Position numbers and translations under genes: made by a program. A stretch of DNA of 64,000 nt. Origin: Minisyncoccota bacterium. Lineage in GTDB: Bacteria; Patescibacteriota; Minisyncoccia; JAHIHE01; JAGLIN01. Shown in pieces: positions 52,099 through 59,800 of this stretch. Within the stretch, counting starts at the first letter, position 1. Each line of letters begins with the position of its first letter. Below the pieces are notes generated by a model. The model did no database searches. It had not been told where the DNA came from and saw only the letters and a list, made by a program, of their open reading frames with translations. The stretch lies in assembly GCA_041661265.1 (NCBI GenBank), contig JBAZUT010000002.1:140316-204315 (forward strand), in the 5' to 3' direction.

Positions 52099-53493
52099 TT
52101 AATTTATAGCATTGCATGTACAAGATCCCGTTGCATCCGGCTGAGTCGAGCAGTACCCTATTGTCTTATCGGCTCTCCAGCAAAGAGCTTTGTTCGCTTG
52201 TGCGGCGCCGCTTCCGATGCTTACATTTCCCCTGACATCCAATTTTGCATTCGGACTATTCGTTCCAATCCCGACATTAACGTTTCCGCCACCCGTATAC
52301 CTGTTAACTACTCCCCATCCGAGGGTATTATTCCAATCTGCTTCATTTTGCGCACTGACTCCCAAATAACTTCCGGTTCCTCCGCCAAATCTCCAATTTA
52401 TATCCCCGACATCAGAGTCGATAAAGTTTATTTCCGGACTTCCATCTTGGACAAGAACTTCATCGCCCACAACGTCAAGTTTAGCTGCTGGCGTCGCCGT
52501 CCCGATGCCGACATTGCCATCACTCTTTATTGTCATTCTTTCTACAGGAGCAATCGTGCCATCCGGAGTCGTACTGAACACGAGTTTCACGGGAAGACTG
52601 GTCGCAGAAACTGTCCCGCTATCCATCACCGCTCCGAATCTTCCAAGCCTGCTAACATACCCATTTCCGTTATATGCTCCGAAGCCTATCCATCCCAGCT
52701 CGGTAGGATTTGGAAGGGTGTTGTTGACGATAGTCGGATTTTCGGGTGTTCCTCTGGATCTGAAAATATCAAAGTCGAATTTATCGCTATACCCATCAGA
52801 TGAACTGGTTGCATTCATATCCATATTCTTCCCAGACATGGCAATAAGGCTGTCATCGGAGCCAGTTATATATGGCGTTTTTGTTCCAAAATCTCCCAAC
52901 ATCAGATTTCCCTTGCTGGAAACTGCAAATCTGTTCGCTCCCGCGCTGTTTGAAAAATTTACGATTGATGATTCATATGTGAAAGCCGTACCAGCCGGAA
53001 GAGCCGGACTGAATACTTCAGACTCAATTGACGTATCGCTTACGATCCTTTTGATTATTTTCGTCTGGCCTGCTGCTGTTATTCTTGATCCCACTCCGAT
53101 CTCATCTAAAAATTTCGTACCAACACCGGTTATGACGCCAGCCCCGGAAATCGTACCCGTGCCAACCTTGCCGGCTGCACCCCTTATGCTCAACGTTGAG
53201 GCTGGTGTTGTCGTTCCGATCCCGACATTGCCTTCATCGACCCTGACATTTCCCTTATTGACTATCAGGCCGTTCGGAGCGCCATTAACATTCAGGGTAA
53301 GACCGCCCAATTTAACCTGTCCGGTCGCCCCGATATTCAGTGGCAGATCAACATTATTCCCCGGCGCGGGCGCCGTCGGCTCCGTCCAATTCGCAGCCAG
53401 AACCACATAGCTCAAGGAAACACTGAACACCAAAGCGCTGGCCAGAAATGCAGCCGTCTTTGCATTTTTAGAAAACATTTTTGTCTTTATCAT
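52099..53493 (-). CDS. Gly-rich fibre-like surface protein (464 aa), paralogue of the 865-aa protein
   Basis: Contains WTEPTAPAPGNNVDLPLNIGATGQVKLGGLTLNVNGAPNGLIVNKGNVRVDEGNVGIGTTTPASTLSIRG, then further DGNVGIGTATPAAKLDV and NVNVGIGTNSPNAKLDV repeats, and a Cys-rich C-terminus. Confidence 0.75.
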   Translation of the reverse strand: MIKTKMFSKNAKTAAFLASALVFSVSLSYVVLAANWTEPTAPAPGNNVDLPLNIGATGQVKLGGLTLNVNGAPNGLIVNKGNVRVDEGNVGIGTTTPASTLSIRGAAGKVGTGTISGAGVITGVGTKFLDEIGVGSRITAAGQTKIIKRIVSDTSIESEVFSPALPAGTAFTYESSIVNFSNSAGANRFAVSSKGNLMLGDFGTKTPYITGSDDSLIAMSGKNMDMNATSSSDGYSDKFDFDIFRSRGTPENPTIVNNTLPNPTELGWIGFGAYNGNGYVSRLGRFGAVMDSGTVSATSLPVKLVFSTTPDGTIAPVERMTIKSDGNVGIGTATPAAKLDVVGDEVLVQDGSPEINFIDSDVGDINWRFGGGTGSYLGVSAQNEADWNNTLGWGVVNRYTGGGNVNVGIGTNSPNAKLDVRGNVSIGSGAAQANKALCWRADKTIGYCSTQPDATGSCTCNAIN

Positions 53494-53518
53494 TTTTATA
53501 AAATTAATATTATATAAA

Positions 53519-53860
53519 TTATTTCTGAGCAGATGTTGTAGAATCTATTAACTCTTGTATTTTTCTCTCCCTTTCTTTGGAACTTAATTCCGTTTCATTC
53601 GGATCCGGAACCTTCTCCGGAGCAGTCACTGAGTCGATCAGCTCCTTCGGAATCTCCTTTTTGATTCCATCGTCCGGCGCATTCACAGTTTTCATCATTT
53701 CCTCTAGCGGATCTGCCTCCTTCTCCGGAACTGCTTTCGGAATTCTTCCTATGTATCCGCCAACATACAGTATAATGAGCACCAGAGCAACAACGAAAAA
53801 TACTATTGCGTTAAGCAGATATTCGTTGTCTTTCCTTTTCGGCAGCTTCCTCGGTTTCAT
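53519..53860 (-). CDS. small single-pass membrane protein (~113 aa from MKPRKLPKRK)
   Basis: The listed ORF (to 53965) overlaps the 3' end of the giant gene. The internal start at 53860 lies 23 nt past the giant's stop. TM helix LLNAIVFFVVALVLIILYVGGYI. Confidence 0.55.
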   Translation of the reverse strand: MKPRKLPKRKDNEYLLNAIVFFVVALVLIILYVGGYIGRIPKAVPEKEADPLEEMMKTVNAPDDGIKKEIPKELIDSVTAPEKVPDPNETELSSKERERKIQELIDSTTSAQK

Positions 53861-53883
53861 GTTTTTTTTTAATATATTAATTT

Positions 53884-56800
53884 CTATGGCGCAGCTTCGT
53901 TCCATTTCGGCCTCTCGCTCATGACATCTATGGGCTGCAGAGTGAATCTTTCGCTCGCATAGCAACTATATACCTGAGCGGAAGAATCGGTTACTTTCAG
54001 GTCCACCGCAAAGGTTCCCTGATCTGCGTAATTGTGGACTACATTATAACCCAAAGCCGGTCCGGGGTCGGAGAAGGTGTCAATGTCATTCGGCGTCCCA
54101 TCTCCAAAGATCCATTCCATTTCTTTTATATAATATCCGGCCGCAACCGAAGTCGGCTCCGCAAGCGGATTTCCGGAAACATCATTAAAAGGATCGAGTG
54201 TCACGTCCATGAATTGCAGGATGTCCGTATCCGGAGAGTATGAAAAATTAGCGACAGGATAAGAATGGTCCGGGGTCGCAATAGGACTATTCGGATCCGA
54301 ACTGTTATAAGGGAACTTCACCCCCGGAGTCACTGCGCTTGCATTATCCTCACTGTCATAAACAGTAACATTCCATGAATATGTAAAATTTCCATAATCT
54401 ATAAACCCGGGACAGAAGCCGTTGATATCATTACCCGTCAAAGTGTTTATGAAATCAAATTGTTTTCCCGTCGAACACACGGCCAGGTCGCTCCTCTCAA
54501 CGTCAACCCGATATGCACTCTGAGACGTTCCTGCCGCGTCATCTTCCACGTCAGTGAAGACCCACGAGATCCTTTCCGCCCACGGATCCTGCCTGCAAGG
54601 ATCGATCGAGGTCGCGTTTGCATTCGTAACGGACGGGTTAAACGTTCCGACGCTGACGCAATAATCAGCTCCGTTGCAAAAACTGATCCAGCCTGTCACG
54701 TCGCCTCCCCACGCCCAGCCGTTGAAATTTCCGCCACTCAGGATAACTTTGTAATTGCCCGAATTAACCGGAATCGTCAGATTATCAATGCCGCCGCAAG
54801 CCACGTCAAGAAACTCATTATTATCCGTATCGCAATCATCGGCCAATATGATGCCATCGCCTCCGCAGCTTACATCAAGTCTCCCGTTATTATCCGTATC
54901 GCAATTATTTATATTTCCTTTCAAATTGATCCACCCGTCCCAGTCACCGGTTTCCCAAGGATTTTTAAGCGCGCCCGAACAGTCTGCACTAAACACCGAA
55001 CAAGCCCTCGCCCAGCCGATAAAATCACCTGCGCCATCAAGACTTGCCTGGCAGGCTCCCGACGGACAGCCGGAAATATCGCCAAAATCAGGATCTCCCG
55101 AAACTCCATAACCGAAAGTTATCCACCCGATATTCTCACTCCATGCATAACCCGACAGAATTCCGCCTGAGTCCAGATTTACTCCATAAGATTTGACTGC
55201 GCCATTGGTCTGGCAGCCTGGAGGCGCGGGAGTTGAACCGACAGGAACCCCTTCGCTGTTTCCTTCATATATCCCATCCTTGTCAACATCGCAATTCTTG
55301 CTGTTGAAGCTTATCCAGCCTGCAGTCGAGCTCCACGCAAAACCCATAACATTTGAATTTTGAGCTTCGCACCCGGGCTTTGAAGGATCCGTCGTAATAT
55401 TCGGTCCGTCCGTTACCGCGCTCGAAAGAACATCCGTCTCATCCCAAACAGTGAGATCCCAATACAAAGTTTTTCCATATGCAGCCGCTCCAAAATCCGC
55501 ATCATAGGTTGTGCTCGATGATAATACAATTCCCGTATTCAAAATATTATTCGTCTTTCCTGCATCATCATACACCCTGATCCGGTATGATTTTTGCGCA
55601 AATTGCGGAGTCGTATTGGATTGATATGTCCAGGAAAGATCATATCTGTTGTCGCTTGTGCAATTATTTATCGGACCCGCAACACTAAGACCGGACACCG
55701 TTGGCGGGACACATTGAAAAACGGTTCCCTGCTGACCATTGTCGCCCCCATTGATTCCCGTACCGCCATTAACATTAAAGCTGCCTCCGTAAGTATTAGA
55801 ATTAGAACAATTCACAATCCTTCCGCCACCGCCGCCGCCATTGCCATTTATATTTCCTCCATTGCCGCCATTTGAAGTGATAAGACCGGAAGCCAAACCG
55901 GTTAGATTATTTGAAATCAAGAAAATCGATCCTCCGGCGCCTCCCCCTCTCGGGCCAACCGCACTTAAACCGGAAGCGTCAATTATTCCGCTGTTGGTAA
56001 GACTATTTGTGATCATTATTTTGATCATTCCGCCGCCAGTGCCACTGGCAGGAGCTCCGGCACCCGCGAAAGCCGAGCCGCCATCGCCTCCGATTCCGCC
56101 ATATCCGCCTCCTCTATTGTTCTGGAAACTACCCGTTTGTCCTCCCGAACCCAGATCATTCGGATTAGTGAGAGATCCATACGTATTGCCTCCGGTGTTT
56201 CCCGAACCGGGTCCTTCGTCGGCAGAATAACCCTTTCCAATCGCATCAATTTTGCCTCCGGCAATTATAGTAAGATTATTAAGATTCAAATCGATATAAT
56301 TAACCTTGGCATTTGTGTTCGCAATATGACTCAGCGTTCCAGCGATGGTTAAATTCCTTAAATTTGGAAAATTCGTCGTAGTTGGCGAGAAAGTATTCAC
56401 GGTAAAGTTGCCGTTAAGCGTCATATCCGTGAAACCCAGGCTTATTGCATTGAGATTCCCGGTATTGGTTCCAATACCGTTTATGTTTATCACATCCGCG
56501 CCATTAACCGTAAACAGACTGTTATTATCCAGCACGCCGACAGATGTAAGATTCGTGACGCCATTTGCGGTAAAAGTTCCATTATTGGTTATACCCCAGA
56601 AAGACCATGCCCCCGTATTTAAAGCTGTGATATTTACACCCGGATTGATCTTGAAATGCCCTCCATTTGTGATCGTGAGATAATCAATGTTCATATTGGC
56701 ACCGACAGGAGTCATTTCCCCGGCCACACCGTTATTTATCAGACTTAAATATCCGTTTGGATTTGCACCATCGTCTTTGTCTTTTGAATAAATAGTTCCC

Positions 56801-59800
56801 GCACCTCCATATACAGCCGAACCGGATGGCGCCCCGCCATAGGCTATCGCCGATCCTAAATAAGATTTTGCATTGTAGCGATATGAGATCCTTCCGCCGC
56901 CGCCGCCGCCATTATTATTTGTATTGCCGCCATTCCCGCCGCTTGCGATCATTGAGCCCGTAGCTGCTCCTCCAAAATTATTCGTATCGACATATATTGT
57001 TCCGCCCGATCCTCCCGCCCTCGTTCCCGTAGCATTGCTTCCCGAGACATTGATCGTACCATTAAGCATGAGAGTGTTCCCGATCGTCAATTTAACCAAT
57101 CCGCCGCCCGTGCCGCCGCCCGCCGGCGCTCCGGCTCCGGCCCAAGCCGAACCTCCATCGCCTCCGATACCTCCGAATCCGCCTCCCCTATTATTCTGGA
57201 AACTTCCTGATTTACCGCCGGAACCCAAGTCATTCGGATCGGTAATCGATCCATATGCATTGCCTCCGGTGTTTCCTGAACCCGCACCCTGATCTGCCGC
57301 GTAACCTTTGCCAGCCGCATCGATCTTTCCTCCTGCATTAACTGTCAGATTATCAAGAGTCAGATCAATATAATTGACGGGAGTATTATTATTTGCAAGA
57401 TGACCCAAAGTTCCGTTCACGGTCATATTTACAAGTGAAGCAAAACTAGTTGTTGTCGGCGAGAAAGTATTGACGATAAGCGTACCGTCAATTGTAAGAT
57501 TGGGAACATTATTAGCTATTAAATTCCCATTATTAGTGACAGTTGCGGTATTGTTTATCGTTAAGTTGTTTATATTCCGAACATCGAAATAGCTGTTATT
57601 ATTAAGAACGCCGGTTACAGTCAGACTCGCCACACCCAATGCCGAGAAATTCCCGTTATTGGTTATGCTCGAGAAAGACCATACGCCGGTGTTGTAAGCG
57701 TCCAAATTAACGCCGGAATTTATGCTGAGATGGGCGCCATTCGCAACCGTTAGAATATCAATCAGCATGCTGTTCTCGAGTGGCGTGATCTCTCCGGAAA
57801 ATCCATTATTATCGAGAGTCAGATAACCGTTCGGGTTCAGGGCGTCTGATTTATTCTTTGAATACACCGTGCCGGCTCCGCCATATGTAGCCGCGCCTGT
57901 TCGCGCTCCGCCAAAAGCAACGGCAGTTCCTGTATATGTTTTTGAATTAAAGTAGTATGCGATCCTTCCGCCTCCGCCTCCGCCATTGTCATTGGATGCG
58001 CCCGCTGACCCGCCATTTGCGATCATCGAACCCGTTGCGGCGCCTGCCAGATTGTTCACATCGACATATATCGATCCGCCCGATCCACCGGCTCTTGTTC
58101 CGGTAGAATTAACTGCCGAAGCATTTATCGAGCCATCCAAGGTCAGAATGTTGCTGATAGTCAATTTTACCGAACCGCCGCCGGCCCCACCGGTCGCAGG
58201 CGCTCCGCAGCATCCCCCGGTACCCGCCCCTCCTTTTCCGCCATAGCCCGCGCCTCTTCTTCCGGCAAATGCCCCTGATTCTCCGCCGGAACCCATTTCA
58301 TTGGGATTAGTGATAGATCCATAAGTATTACCCCCTAAATTCCCCGAACCGGCGCCCTGGTCTGCAGCATATCCCCTGCCGACTGCGTTTAGTACGCCCG
58401 TAGCGGCAATATTTCCGCTGGTCGCAATTATTTCAACCTTGCCATAATTCGTTCCGTCATAAGCTTTGACATAAACCGTCCTGCCGGCGGGTATGCTGAA
58501 ATTATTGATATTGCAATGCGTTCCCGCTATGTCTATTATTCCGGCAGTCGCATTCAAATCCCAAGCATCTCCGTCCGTCGGAGTCCAATTTGCCCCACCA
58601 TGATCGATCCCGGCGCATGGAGCGACGGGAACAGCGCTCGCCTCATCCGATTGAGGACCTTCGCCTATGATATTCGAAGCTGAAACTTTATAGTAATAAG
58701 TAGTGCCATTAACCAGTCCCGTATCCGTGCATGTGAGCACATTTCCAAGGCTTGAACAGCCACCTGCTATTAATAAAGAATAAGAACCATTAGTGGGACT
58801 ACTTCGATACACTTTGTAATTGGTAATAGGTGAACCGCCATCAGCCGGAGCGGTCCAAGACAAAACTACCTGAGCATTCCCAGCTGCAGCCGCTAAGCCA
58901 GTTACTTTATCGGGAGATGATATAACGCAACGGATAGAATTCGCGTCTACTTTAGACCAACTATCGGGGTCTCCTCCTTTTGGAACACCAGAATAAAGAT
59001 ATCTTAGAAATGCATCGCTTGCATTAATCTGAGTCGACGACCAAAGATGCGTATCAGCACCAATATCCCAAAAATTATTAAAAGAATAGCTACCACTCCA
59101 AAGCGCCTCGAATCCCGCTTGACCGCCCTGGTCAAGTTCTGCTTCAGCATCTGAATATCCATAGAAACCTATCACATAATTTCTTAAGATATCGAACTCT
59201 GATTGCTGAGGAATATGCCATCCGGCGGGACAGAGCCCCTGAACAGGCTGAGTTATGAATGCGGAACAGTCGCCTGTCCTGCACGAATTAGGCACCCGTA
59301 AAGCTTCCGTCCACTGATATAAACCGCCATACATATTGCAATTATTATTTCCGGTTGCGATCTGTCCGGCATTTCCATCTGTCATATAGCCATAGCAATA
59401 TTTTTCAACAATTCCATTATCGGTCTGATCTTGATAGGTTACGTTATCATCCAGCTTTCGGCTGATCATCTTTCCCAAAGTAAGGTTTTCTTTTGTCCAG
59501 CATTGATTTCCTATCTTAACGGTGTTATAGATATTGCCTTCGACATCCGCAGCTGAAGGAAACGGCGGACAAGCATTGGTAAGGGCAGCAAGGATCGTCG
59601 TCGGAGCCGATAACATTGAAGCACCGTTTACGGTTCCATCATTGGGAATGACTTCAACCGTGATCACATTTCCGGCGACATAATTCGCGGAAGTTAAAGT
59701 TGAAGCCGTTGCTCCGGCAATATCCACACCTCCCTTTTTCCATTGATAAGCATAGGTTATCGGGTCCCCATCGGCGTCCGTGGCGGAAACAAGCGCCGCC

